Assembly (NCBI RefSeq): GCF_964204645.1
Contig: NC_134033.1
Location: forward strand, 13,896,655 to 13,960,654
Origin: Tubulanus polymorphus
Taxonomy: Eukaryota; Animalia; Nemertea
Direction: 5' to 3'
Length of the DNA: 64,000 nt
Below, one piece after another: positions 13,385-25,391 of the stretch. The stretch's first letter is position 1, and each line of letters starts with the position of its first letter. The notes below the pieces were generated by a model, which was given only the letters and a program-made list of their open reading frames with translations, did no database searches and was not told where the DNA came from. The translations under genes and the position numbers were made by a program.

Positions 13385-13872
13385 TGGGTGGGCATTGAGG
13401 GAGGGCTAGGTGGGTGGGCATTGAGGGAGGGCTAGGTGGGTGGGCCTTGAGGGAGGCTAGGTGGGTGGGCATTGAGGGAGGCTAGGTGGGTGGGCATTGA
13501 GGGAGGCTAGGTGGGTGGGCATTGAGGGAGGCTAGGTGGGTGGGCATTGAGGGAGGGCTTGGTGGGTGGGCATTGAGGGAGGGTTGTTGGGAGGGAGGGA
13601 GGGTTGGGGTCTGGGAGGGAGGGCGGGAGGGAAGGGGTCTGGGAGGGCGGGAGGGAAGGGGTCTGGGAGGGCGGGAGGGAAGGGGTCTGGGAGGGCGGGA
13701 GGGAAGGGGTCTGGGAGGGCGGGAGGGAAGGGGTCTGGGAGGGGGGAGGGATGGGATCTGGGAGGGCGGGAGGGAAGGGGTCTGGGAGGGTGGGGAGGGA
13801 TGGGGTCTGGGAGGGTGGGAGGGAAGGGGTCTGGGAGGGGGGAGGGAAGGGGTCTGGGAGGGTCGGGACGGG
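13385..13872 (+). repeat. G-rich minisatellites (25-bp GTGGGTGGGCATTGAGGGAGGCTAG, then 24-bp GGGAGGGCGGGAGGGAAGGGGTCT)
   Basis: Directly visible; explains the spurious 8-aa-periodic ORFs at 13522-13977. Confidence 0.95.
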
Positions 13873-13873
13873 A

Positions 13874-14123
13874 GGTTAGACGAGTTGAAGTGTTACAATG
13901 TTTCAGTTAGACGGATGAGAATAGTGAAGATGAGAGAACAAATCACTGTTCAATCACAGGATGAAGTAATGCAGTAATCTGTACTCTGTATCTGTACACA
14001 GTGTTACATGTATCTATAACTGTTCAATTAGTCCGGAATCTACAGCAGTATAAAATACAGCAAAATTGTGAACACACCTGATTGTGACGAAGGAACATGA
14101 GTGATAACAGTTGTGTTATTGAC
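13874..14123 (-). repeat. Right arm of the 250-bp inverted repeat (partner 8634-8883)
   Basis: Reverse complement of 8634-8883. Confidence 0.95.
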
Positions 14124-14449
14124 ACTAGAAACCAATTTCTGATTGATTGAAAACTTTGAGATGTTACTTGTCATTGATTATTGTTTCTTTTTCTTTTCAG
14201 AATGAAATAAACGCAGTAGGATCTACTATCTACAAGTTACCGGTAACTTCAAAGTTTATGATGAATTTCACTACAGAATTCTTCAGAGTATCTGTTGATG
14301 ATTTGAATTATTTTCGAACTAAAAACTGCTGTTTTAATCTCATCTGCTGTTTTACTCTTATTTCAGAAACTCATAGCACCAGCTGCAGGTAAAACCTGTT
14401 TGGAAATATATCAATATTCATCCATCTGTCTATTTTTCATATCACAGCA

Positions 14450-17400
14450 GAGAGGTGAGTTTTCAATCATTTTGAATCCTGAAGTTGAAATTATCAACGT
14501 CTTATATGTTTTTCATACATATTTTCAGGGGACAGAGTGATGGAGGTTTTACCGCCCAACAGCCGACTTCAAATACCGTTAGCTTAAAAACATTGAGGAA
14601 AATGGTGAGATATGGTTTGAAACTGTTCTTATTTCATAACAACTTATGGTAATGTATGTTCCTCTACAACATTTGTATCTTAGGGGCCAAAATAAATCTG
14701 CAAACAGTAAACATTGCGTTCTACAAATCAAGTCAGAAGTGGTGAATTTTCGATTTATTGCAGTAATTTGTGTTATTATATGCAAGTAATTTTCTCCACA
14801 CAATTCAACCTGGTTCGTGCTTATTTACAGCTGTATGCTTCAATTACGGTATCTATGTTTTAATTTTTCCAGGAAATCAGCGCTCTTAACTTTATGACAT
14901 TATGGCTCTTGGAAGTGAAATCCTGCTAGAAATGGAAATAGTCTGCATGGTCAAAATGGTACTAAACTAATCCGAGTTTTTCACCACTCCACTGTGCTCT
15001 AATTTGTTGATAACCTAGCAATATATTATTCTATACAGTATTTTTATGTGTCATTCTCTCAAAAGTTTTGTAAGAAGTGCTGCTGCTGCATCCCCTATCA
15101 AAATCTCCTCGGGAAATATTGTGGACAATTCGCTACAATAATCAAAACAGGTAAGAAAAATAGTAATTTTCAGGAAAGCAAACATATTATGTGATGTTTC
15201 TTTATTTCACTGATCAACTTTCTCTTGGCAGAATAAAGTTCATCACCAGAATTTACAGCTCATAAAACCTGGTTCACCTCAGATCCTCCATGCATCCTGA
15301 TAATTCTGCAATGAACTGAGACGAAAGCTATGAGCTTCAATCTGAAACAGCACTCAGTTAAGGTGAATTTTCAATCACTTCTATCCTGGTAAAAGTTGAA
15401 ATTATGAAGTCAAAATTATGCAACTTTTGTTATTTAGGGGCCTAAATAAAACTGAAACCTCAGAAAAATCTGCAAACGGTAGACATTGCATTCTACAAAT
15501 CAAAAACAAGTCAGAAGTGGTGAGTTAATTTCAATTGATTAGTGTAATTTGTGGTGATTTATCAGTTATAAACTTTATTTTCCATTTTTCATCCAGTTTT
15601 GATAGATATATCTTCAAATCAAGTCAGGAAAATGTTTTCGGATTTTGATTGGTCAATGTCAGCAGATAGGTATCAATGCTTTTCAAACATTAGAGTACAT
15701 TCTACTAGCTACCATCAGACTCCTGAGAAATCTGGATACCCTTAACACATTGTGATAAACTACAATACTCTCAAACCTGGTGGGTTCTCAGTCAATAGAA
15801 CACAAACATGCTGCATTTTCTATTTATGTCACTGATTATTTTCTGGTATAATTTTTCTCTTTCCAGAATGCAATACACCCATCACAAATTGCACTGGAAA
15901 AATGTAAAATATTCACCTTCAAATAATGAAGAAGCTCGTTGCTGAAGCTGCTATTATTTTTGATGAGCAACTAAGTAATTTTCTCTACACAATTCAACCT
16001 GGTACACTATACAACTGTACAGTTCAATCATATACGTATTTATTTTTTTCAGGAAATCATCGGTGCTCTTAACTTTATGACATTATAGCTCTTGGAAGTG
16101 AAATCCTGCAGTCTGCATGGTCAAAAGGCACTAAAACTAATCCGATACAAGTCTAGAAATGGTGAGTTTTGCTCTAATTTGTTAATTACCTAGCAATATA
16201 TTATTCTATACAGTATTTTTATGTGTCAATCTCTCAAAAGCTTTGTAAGAAGTGCTGCTGCTGCATCCCCTATCAAAATCTCCTCCTCGGGAAATATCGT
16301 GGACAATTTGCTACAATAATCAAAACAGGTAAGAAAAAAAGTAATTTTCAGGAAAGCAGACATATTATGTGATGTTTCTTTATTTCACTGATCAACTTTC
16401 TCTTGGCAGAATAAAGTTCATCACCAGAATTTACAGCTCATAAAACCTGGTTCACCTCAGATCCTCCATGCATCCCGATAATTCTGCAATGAACTGAGAC
16501 GAAAGCTATGAGCTTCAATCTGAAACAGCACTCAGTTAAGGTGAATTTTCACTTCTATCTTGGTAAAAGTTGAAATTATGAAGTCAAAATTATGCAAATT
16601 TTGTAATTTAGGGGCCTAAATAAAACTGAAACGTCAGAAAAATCTGCAAACGGTAGACATTGCGTTCTACAAATCAAAAACATGTCAGAAGTGGTGAGTT
16701 AATTTCAATTGATTGGTGTAATTTGTGGTGATTTATCAGTTATAACTTAATTTACCATTTTTCATCCAGTTTTGATAGATATATCTTCAAATCAAGTCAG
16801 GAAAATGTTTTTGGATTTTGATTGGTCAAATGTCAGCCAATAGGTATCAATGCTTTTCAAACATTTTATTTCAGATTACATTCAGCTACCATCAAACTCC
16901 TATGAAATCTGGATACCCTCAACACATTGTGATAAACTACGATACTCTCAAACCTGGTGGGTTCTCAGTCAATAGAACACAAACATGCTGCATTTACTAT
17001 TTTTGTCACTAATTATTTTCTGGTATAATTTTTCTCTTTCCAGAATGCGATGCACCCATCACAGATTGCACTGGAAAAATGTAAAATATTCACCTTCAAA
17101 TAATGAAGAAGCTCGTTGCTGAAGCTGCTATTATTTCTGATGAGAAACTAAGTTGTTTTCTCTACACAATTCAACCTGGTACACTATACAGCTGTACAGT
17201 TCAATCATGTATGTATTTATTTTTTTTTCAGGAAATCATCGGTGCTCTTAACTTTATGACATTATAGCTCTTTGAAGTGAAATCCTGCTGTCTGCATGGT
17301 CAAAAGGCACTAAAACTAATCCGATACAAGTCTCTGTAAATGGTGAGTTTTGCTCTAGTTTGTTAATTACCTAGCAATATATTATTCTATACAGTATTTT

Positions 17401-18500
17401 TATGTGTCATTCTCTCAAAAGTTTTGTAAAAAGTGCTGCTGCTGCATCCCCTATCAAAATCTCCTCCTCGGGAAATATCGTGGACAATACGCTTCAATAA
17501 TCAAAACAGGTAAAAAAAGTAATTTTCAGAATACCGGTAGCAGACATACATGTGATGTATCTTTATTTCACTAATCAATTTTCTCTTGACAGAATAAAGT
17601 TCATCACTAGAATTTACAGCAAGATCTGGTTCAAAGTTCACCTCGAACTGCATATTGCTAGATCCTCCTCACACGTAGCCTTACAATTCTGCAAACGTGA
17701 GACGAAAGCTGTGAGCTTCAATCTGAAACAGATCTTATTTCATAACAACTTAACTGACAATTACTAACATTAATATATTTTTAGTTTAGGAGCCGAAATA
17801 AGCGGAACCATTGACAGAATCTGTGAACGCTAAATACTAGGAATTCACTGATGATTTGTAAATGATGGACATTGATTTAGACCCTCGAAACAAGCACCGG
17901 TAAATATCTCTGCAGATTTCAATCTCTATAAAACTTGCTGCTGTTTGACTGAATGTATGAAGTCTTTTCCTGTTAAAAAGCTTTGTCTTTTATGACCATC
18001 CAGTTCAACACATAGAATGAGTAACTTCTGAGCGAGAAACAGTCGAGAATTTGAAATCATTCCACCAGAATTAAATGGTGGGTCAGAAATCTGCATACAC
18101 TCGACGGATTGTGATGAACTACTCAAAATCCTGGTGGGTTTTCTGTTAATCCAACACGATTATGCTGCAGTTTCTATTTATTTCACTAATTATTTTCTTT
18201 CATAATTTTTCTCCTTCCAGAATGCGATGCACCAGACACGAATTGCAGCTGGAGAAATTGAGACTATTCACCTTCTAATCATGAAGAAGTTCGTCGTTGC
18301 TGAAGTTGCTATTATTTCTATAAGAAACCAAGTAATTTTCTCTACATGATTCAACCTGGTTCTCGCTTGTTATGAAACCTTGCGGTTCAATGATATGTAA
18401 ATTCCTTTTATTTTCAGTAAATCATCAGTGCTCTTAACTTTATGACATTATGGCTCTTTGAAGTGAAATCCTGGTAGAAATTGAAATGGTCAAAATGGGT
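14450..18500 (+). repeat. ~1.18-kb tandem duplication unit, ~3.5 copies, made of short exon-like blocks
   Basis: Anchor CAG|GAAATCA..GCTCTTAACTTTATGACATTA at ~14871, 16051, 17230 and ~18416; other blocks (AAGTGCTGCTGCTGCATCCCC, CAGAATGC.A..CACC) recur at the same period. Confidence 0.92.
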
Positions 18501-19373
18501 ACAACACTTAGAAGACTGCCTTGGTGAATTCCAGCCTCAGAAACTTGAGCTTGAACTTATCAGATAAACACAAGTTAGAAAATGGTTGGTTTTCTAATAG
18601 TATTTAGCCCCAATTTCTGACTGCTAGAATCTTGTAAATAATGTAAATACGATGCTAATTGTTCTAATAGTGTGATTTTTTTGCAGCATGAAATTTGTCC
18701 GATGGAACACTATGAAAGTTGATCAGATTGATTGAATAATGGCGTGTTGAATTGTTAAGAACTATATGGTGGACGAAGTGGGGACCAATACGCCATTTGA
18801 CAAGGAAACGGACCAATACGCCATCTACCTTGAGATTGATAAACTGCCGCTTACTTCAGACGTCTGCAATTTCTAAAGTTTTAAGCCAAATGAAAATGTT
18901 TATATTGTACCAGCCAGTACGGACCGGACCAACTGTTGTCCTGTTTGTGGTGGTTCCATTGACTGGAAATCATGTTTCCATAAAAACAATGGAGTCTTAT
19001 CCCCTGATTCGTCTCACAATGCTGTGGCATCATTTTTGCTGTAGAATAGCCTGTTCACTAACTCAAGCATAGAGAACAGACGATTTAAACCTGCTATATA
19101 CAAATTTAAGAGATTATACACGTAACTTATTTATCAAGAATCAGAATCAGAATAAACTTAAATGAATGAAGAAATAACTTGAACAACCTATGCACATAAT
19201 CACAAAGCCTCTTAACCTAATTAAGCACTTAACACCCTCACTCTACTTTTTCAATTAACTTTTTCTTTTTTCCTCCTGTTTTGGTTATTTCTTCACACCT
19301 GATGATGGTCTCTAGGCAGACTCCAAAACGTTGTCTTTTAATTCTTTTAAATTTGTATATAGTGGGGTTTTTA

Positions 19374-19583
19374 GGCTAAACAAAAATGATACCTTGTTTC
19401 TCCGCAGCGGCCGGGTCATTTTTGTAAAATTTGTAAACAGTTCATTTCTATAGCGGCCGGGTCTGTTATGGTAAAATTGATCACGATTTAAAAAAAAGTA
19501 ATGTATAGGGTAGATAGGCGGCCGGCCGGGTCAACATTTAAGCTCAGCAGAGCTGAGAAACAAGGTATCAATTTTTTTTAGCC
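19374..19583. mobile_element. PIF/Harbinger-type MITE, copy 1
   Basis: TIR GGCTAAA(C)AAAAATGATACCTTGTTTCTC / GAGAAACAAGGTATCAATTTTTTTTAGCC, TTA target duplication; near-identical to 31863-32083. Confidence 0.85.
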
Positions 19584-20533
19584 TTATCTTATTTTTATTT
19601 AAGGGCATGAGATATTTTACACACCATGTAATTGCATTAGTTTGTAATTGTTTCTACCTCAGAACCCAGTTCCAAGCTGATCTGGGCACGTATGTATAGA
19701 CCGTATAATACAGTAAACCTCGCGTATCTCTTGGTTGTAGAATTAACGATTTATCTATTGATTTCGTATAAACCACAAATAAAAACCAGCTAAAAATTGT
19801 TTCCACTGGCATCGGAGCAAACGCCGCATACCACAGCCATTGTTACAACTGGCGGGAAAATGCATCGCGTGGCCGCTGCACGCTTTGGTAAAGATAACGA
19901 AAGAAAAACCGGGCCTTTCATTTTTTCATACGAATTGTTTATACGAATTAACCGACGACGAATTAAGCGAGGTTGACTGTATGGTAATGGGCTTATAAAT
20001 AGTGCCACTGTCAATGAAAGTTGACAAATATTGTCAGGTTTTCCTTTTGTCACGGGACTTAATTGTGTATGAACTGAACTGTTGTATCGTGTTATTTGAA
20101 ATAAATATATATTTTCTCTGTTGTTCCATTTGTGATTACAGACGCCAGCAGTTTCATAGACTTACCGCTCTGCGTCACGTACATGATAAACCTACAATCC
20201 CATAGGTTCAGTTTCATGAAAATGATTTACTCAAAAAATATTTATTGCTCAGGTAAATTGAAATCGAATCGAGTAAATTCTTTAAGAAACTGAGCCAAAG
20301 GTCCAACAATTATTGCGTTAGAACATCAAAATAAGTTGTGTTCTGACACAATGTTTGTTAAACGGATCCTGTGGAGCCGGTTTACTCGTAGTTTAAAACT
20401 AATCCTAAATCAATTTTTTCTGTAGTGAATTTTATACTCTGTACTCGCGGTGTTTGTGTATGAAACTGCAGGCTACTAAACTGATTGAAACTCGCGCATC
20501 ATTGACCAAATCCTAGCCGGGTGTACAGTTCAG

Positions 20534-20632
20534 GGGCTGGTTCCATAAACAGGGCTTAGACTTAACAACTTAAGACCACTCTTAAGGTTTAAGACCACTT
20601 TTGGTCTTAAGTCCTGACTATGGAACCGGCTC
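20534..20632. mobile_element. Short Harbinger-like MITE (related copies ~60537-60675 and ~63247)
   Basis: GGGCTGGTTCCATA ... TATGGAACCGGCTC flanked by CAG on both sides. Confidence 0.6.
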
Positions 20633-20910
20633 CAGGTGCGCATCCAAACTAGGTTATCCGCCCCCCCCCCAGTTTCACAAGTATGCGATTAACTCCAACC
20701 CCGGTTCGGCAACACAATCCTCGTGTTCAAAAAAACTGGGACCCATTTATGTGAGGGTTAACATTTATTCTTTCCCTGGGCTTGGCTCCACAAAAAAACC
20801 CTTCCATACAGATTTTTATTCAATTCAAGAGTTAAATCCTATTTGTGAAACTGGACCCTGGTATGCGAGGGTTTCAAGTATTTAATTCACCCGGCGCCGA
20901 TCGGGTTCAG

Positions 20911-21030
20911 CATCCTCCTCGGCAGGGATTCGAACCTGATGGCATCGAGAATGCCACGGTAGACTGGTTACCGGTCTCTGTCTTCCGGGAAGACAGGCAA
21001 CCAGTCTACCACGGTACGAAACCCTGCCAC
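20911..21030 (-). mobile_element. tRNA-derived SINE-like element with long internal hairpin
   Basis: Minus strand carries Pol III B box GGTTCGAATCC; internal stem GGTAGACTGGTT/AACCAGTCTACC plus CTGTCTTC/GAAGACAG; family recurs at 2379, 40861 and 43690. Confidence 0.55.
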
Positions 21031-21769
21031 ACCAGACCGAGTGCGCAGCTTAGATGATCTCATTATTAGCCAATCAGATATCCCGTTTCATTGTAGCCCC
21101 GGCTTTTCCCATTTATAGTTCTTTAAGCGATTATATATAACGAGCAATCTGACTGGTGCCGCAAGTTTTCGCGCGGCAAAGTTGCGCACCGTCTACTGTC
21201 GCAGGGGTTCGTGCCTTGGCTGAGTGCATGTTCAAATCCCAAAGGGTTTTTGAAATTTCCGCAAAAGAAAGGGTGAGAAAAGCATCCATTTTGCTCCAAG
21301 AGGCAGGGTTTCCACCTTTTGTAAAAACTTTTGAAAAACATCTCAATTATGTCTTTTTCTCGGTATTGGCAAACTGCTTCTTGGGTCCTCACTTCATTCT
21401 CAGTCAAAGACGTCCTTCCTTAAATTGCCGAAAAAGTCGATGCTTGTTGTTTTTCAAAAGGTGTTTTTTGCACTAGTACGGGATAGGTTGGGGGGTTTGA
21501 GGAAATTGTCAGTTATGTAGAATCGAATGATTTTTGGTCAAACGGATGGATGCTAAATAAAAACAAATTCCATTATATTGCTTCTTTAACCTCCAAAGAC
21601 GATTACGCTACGTGACGTATGCATGACGTATACGACATAAGTGACTGGTTGCCCGTCCCAAAGATAGACCGGTCACCAGTCTACAAGATGGGGCAATTCA
21701 ATACTTATTGTCCCGTATACATACAAGAAAACGCATTGGATAAACGCAATCCCGTGAATTATGTATATA

Positions 21770-21866
21770 GGATTCGAAGCCACTCGACTCGTATTGCCGT
21801 CGTGACGTGTTGACCTTTCGAGGCATTGTTGACAGTTGTCACATGACTGACTGATCAAAATGGCGG
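21770..21866 (+). promoter_or_regulatory. Conserved proximal promoter/5' cassette of the AKR genes (also ~25329-25398, ~27922-28022, ~33300-33400)
   Basis: GGATTCGAA.CCACTC ... TTGACAGT.GTCACATGACT.ACTGATCAAAATGGCGG precedes all four start codons; E-box GTCACATGAC and YY1-like AAAATGGCGG. Confidence 0.6.
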
Positions 21867-24223
21867 AAGTCAAGTACAATTTCCTCGGTAATACCGGCTT
21901 AAAAGTCTCTAATATTTGTTTAGGGACGATGACATTCGGTCACGAAGAGAGAGTAAGTGAGAATAACTTTAAGTGAGTGTACGTAGAACTATAATCTTGA
22001 TTCAAGTCCAAAATTTGAACGCACAAGACAATATCGACCGTAATCCAGCCTAGTTAGTTACCTAATCGTTGGTTAAGATTTTTATAATCAGATGGGCTTA
22101 TACCAATGTGGTTTGTGAAAATATCCGATCGTGAAACTAAAAAGCACAGACAGGTTACTGACTAAATCCAGCCCTGCCCCTGCAGCTGCACTCTGCAAAC
22201 GACTGGTATTCAGACTAATATCCACCACGTCCATGTCCACTTAACTTTCTTTCTTAAAATTAGGCAGTTAGTTACCTGTCTTCTGTTGGTGTTTAGTATC
22301 ACAATTGAATATTTTCTCAAACCTCAATCGGTAAGTTTTTATCACCAACATAACAATAGGTAACTATTTCTCAAAAAGTCGGGGTATATTTTTCTTACAG
22401 TTTTTAGATGGGGGTATAGATGGAACTCTCAATCTGACCGAAGCCGAAAGTCATAAGATTTTGGACCGATTTGCTGAACTCGGAGGCAACTTTATCGATA
22501 CCGCTAATTTGTATCACTATGGCATGTCTGAGGCAATTATTGGAACATGGCTCGAAAAGTAAATGCTTTTTAGATCTTTTTTTGAAAGAAATTGATACAG
22601 AGGGTTCATAAATATGTATGTTAAATAATGGTAATGTTTTCTTGCAGGCAAGACCGAAATAAATTTGTTATAGCGACTAAACTTGCTTTCCCGATGGACC
22701 CAAAAAATCTAAACGCTGGTGGTTTGAGTCGACAGCATATAATGTGGAGCATTAATGAAAGTCTACGTAGATTGAAAACAGACTATATCGATCTCTATCA
22801 GGTACATACACATTGTGTGGTTATCAGAGACGGATCCAGGGGGAATTCTCTGAGACATCTGTCCATCAAAATTTTTGAGCGTCAACAAACAAAAAAATTG
22901 GTGCATTTCAGGTGTACACCTATATATTGCCTTTTCAGACATCGAAGTACCCCCAATTTTGGGATGCGACTAGTTCTTCAAAATAAGCCCCTGGATCCGT
23001 TGGGGGTGATTTCATTTTTGATCCATTTTACACAATATGCGTGGTTTGATTAACACTTAGTTTTACTCGTGTTTTGTTCATTATTTGTCGCTGTTTTTAT
23101 TTGATTCAAACACACACATTCTATCAGAGAAAAAGTATAAACGGTGATGGTTTTTGATAATCATAATTTCAGACACACTTTTGGCATCGTGGTACACCAA
23201 TAGAGGAGACGATGAGTGCGCTGAATGATTTGGTAAAGGCTGGAAAAACTCGCTATATCGGTGTCAGTAATGTATGCGGATACCAGTTACAGAAAATTGT
23301 AGATGTCTGTAAAATGAAGGGACTCGAGCCTGTTGTTACTCTACAGGTAAGAAGTTCATGAACCACCTACATTAAGTCGGCTGATTTTATAGAGGTTTAG
23401 AATTCAGTGTAATTACTTTTGTTGAAAACCTGGTTTTAGCAACAATACAGCCTTCTGTGTCGCTCGTCTGAATTGGAAGAATTCAACGTTTGCAAAGAAG
23501 AAAAGATTGGAATTTTGCCATGGAGTCCTCTTAAAGGGTAACATCAACTGCTTATTTCTTGCTGCGCTCTGTATCGAGAAAATCGAAGCGAAATTTGATC
23601 TTTTCTTCCAGCGGTTTGTTGACTGGTAAATATTATCGCGGGATGAAGCAAGAAAATTTGGATGAGCTGAAATCGCGTATCGCCGCTTCGACTAAGAATA
23701 GCGCGGTTGTTACAGCAGCTTCTCCAGACTTCAAAACAATGACTGACAACGAAAAATTTTTCAACATCCTCGACCATTTGAAAACAATCGCTAAGAAGTA
23801 TAGTGAGTATGGTTAGATTAAGATTTGATTGGATTGAGCCATCAGTCACATTAAATGTTCATGAATTCTGATTTGTTTTCTTATATATGAAAACCATACT
23901 TATTTCAGATAAGACAGTAGTGCAGGTGTCTTTGCGATGGTTACTACAGAAACCATCGGTAACCTCGGTCATCATCGGTGTCAGAACGCTGGCCCAGTTA
24001 GAAGACAATATGGGCGCGTCTGCTGGCTGGTGTTTAACTGATGAAGAGGTGAGTTGTCTCTGAAGTGGTGTTAGTATTGAGGCCTCAGTCATCACATGAC
24101 TTTTAGAAATTAATCACACGCTGAACATTTGTGTTGTAGATGGAGACATTGGACAAAGCGTCTGCTTACGACGTAGGATATCCTTATGACTTCATAGAAC
24201 TGATGAATACTCTAGGAATATAA
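21860..24223 (+). CDS. Aldo-keto reductase, YajO-like, copy 1 (~363 aa); exons 21860-21952, 22401-22558, 22648-22801, 23173-23346, 23440-23537, 23612-23802, 23909-24048, 24140-24223
   Basis: In-frame splice model gives [91 protein letters not shown]; D/Y/K/H catalytic tetrad present. Confidence 0.93.
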
Positions 24224-24246
24224 ACAACATATCGCCATGAAATAAG

Positions 24247-24552
24247 ACGCGATCACGCGAGCAATTTTGGCCCGTGCCACTTTAGCCCGGAACAACTGTT
24301 CACACAGGTGCCAAAAGGGCCAGAGCCTGTTTGACCCAGGCCAGGTCCTAGCCAAATTTTAGCACGGGACAAATGATTTTGAATTGCTGCAACTGGTACC
24401 GGAAATGAACCACTTCTCTTCGAGCATTGTTTATTTTCGGGTGAGGGGATTACGTGTGAACGCTCTTTCTAAATAGGCACGGGCCAATTTTGGCTCGATT
24501 CTGATCCATGCCAATTTGGCCCGGGGCAAATCGTCTCCGTGCGATCGCGGCT
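24247..24552. mobile_element. MITE-like element 3' of AKR copy 1 (related end at ~41120-41160)
   Basis: CGCGATCACGCGAG..AATTTTGGCCC ... GGGCAAATCGTCTCCGTGCGATCGCG imperfect inverted ends. Confidence 0.5.
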
Positions 24553-24884
24553 ATAGTGGTGATATTCATCGCACAATATGTTTAATGATAATAGATTAGC
24601 AGGGAATAAAATCAGGTTTTCAATTTCAAGATGAAATTTGCGGGTATTTTTAAAACAGGTTCATGGTTTAAAATCTCATTTATTTTTAATGTAATATACT
24701 AAATACGGGTTGCTTTTTCTAATATATAGCCATTGTTTTACTGGGCTGAAGAAATTTGATGTAAACGAAGAAGATATTCTCTATGTTGTATTTGATAAAA
24801 TGAAATAAATATTTTGGCCAAAATTTTCTTAAATCGGACTTTTTATTTCTGAATATATCATCAATAATTAGGAATCCCAGTAGG

Positions 24885-25035
24885 GTTACTGTGTTTATTC
24901 AACAGGCTAACACTAGAGATACTGCGTTTATTCAACAGGCCAACACTAGGGAAACTTTCACCAGGCCAGCACTGGGGTATTTACGTTTATTCACCAGGCC
25001 AGCACTAGGGTTTTATTCACCTGGCCAACACTCGG
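24885..25035. repeat. ~30-bp degenerate tandem repeat (about 5 copies)
   Basis: TTATTCA(A/C)CAGGC(C/T)A(A/G)CACT(A/G)G recurs. Confidence 0.8.
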
Positions 25036-25391
25036 GTTCCAAAAATGTTCAATAATTGCATTACTATTACCCAATCTCGATAGAAGCGAAAGTACTGTAC
25101 AATGCCGCGCCGAAAAGAAAGAGACGACCGTAAGCAATCTGATGGCCATCGGATTACGGTTAGTCATTCCTTAGTTTATTTGGCTCTCGGGAGTGACGTA
25201 CGTGACGTGGGTGGCTTCACGATTTAATGAGAAACGAGGTATCAACTCTGAAGGGCCTTAGTCAATTTAGCGGTGTTGTGAGTGTATAACATTCCTCTAC
25301 CGCATTTTGGTATTATTTTATCACATTGGGATTCGAACCCACTCACGACGCCGATAGTTTTTGACAGTAGTCACATGACTTACTGATCAAA

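Larger units (their letters stand above)
7460..19170 (+). ncRNA. Putative multi-exon long non-coding RNA locus (boundaries approximate)
   Basis: YY1/initiator-like CAAAATGGCG at ~7463, donor GTAAGT at 7556, exon 7939-7992, then many short polypyrimidine-AG / GTRAG-bounded blocks from 14201 to ~18690 and AATAAA at 19151; blocks tested have stops in all three frames. Confidence 0.45.

Noticed and set aside
13522-13977. Gly-rich ORFs in three frames (also 8910-9137)
   Set aside because: By-products of stop-free G-rich minisatellites; no ATG or splice context.
8634-14123. Autonomous DNA transposon (Mutator/Polinton-like)
   Set aside because: No transposase/integrase ORF between the inverted repeats and no target-site duplication at the ends.
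15074-15100. miR-430/302-like AAGTGCT seed repeated in each 1.18-kb unit
   Set aside because: I could not find a complementary arm to form a pre-miRNA hairpin.
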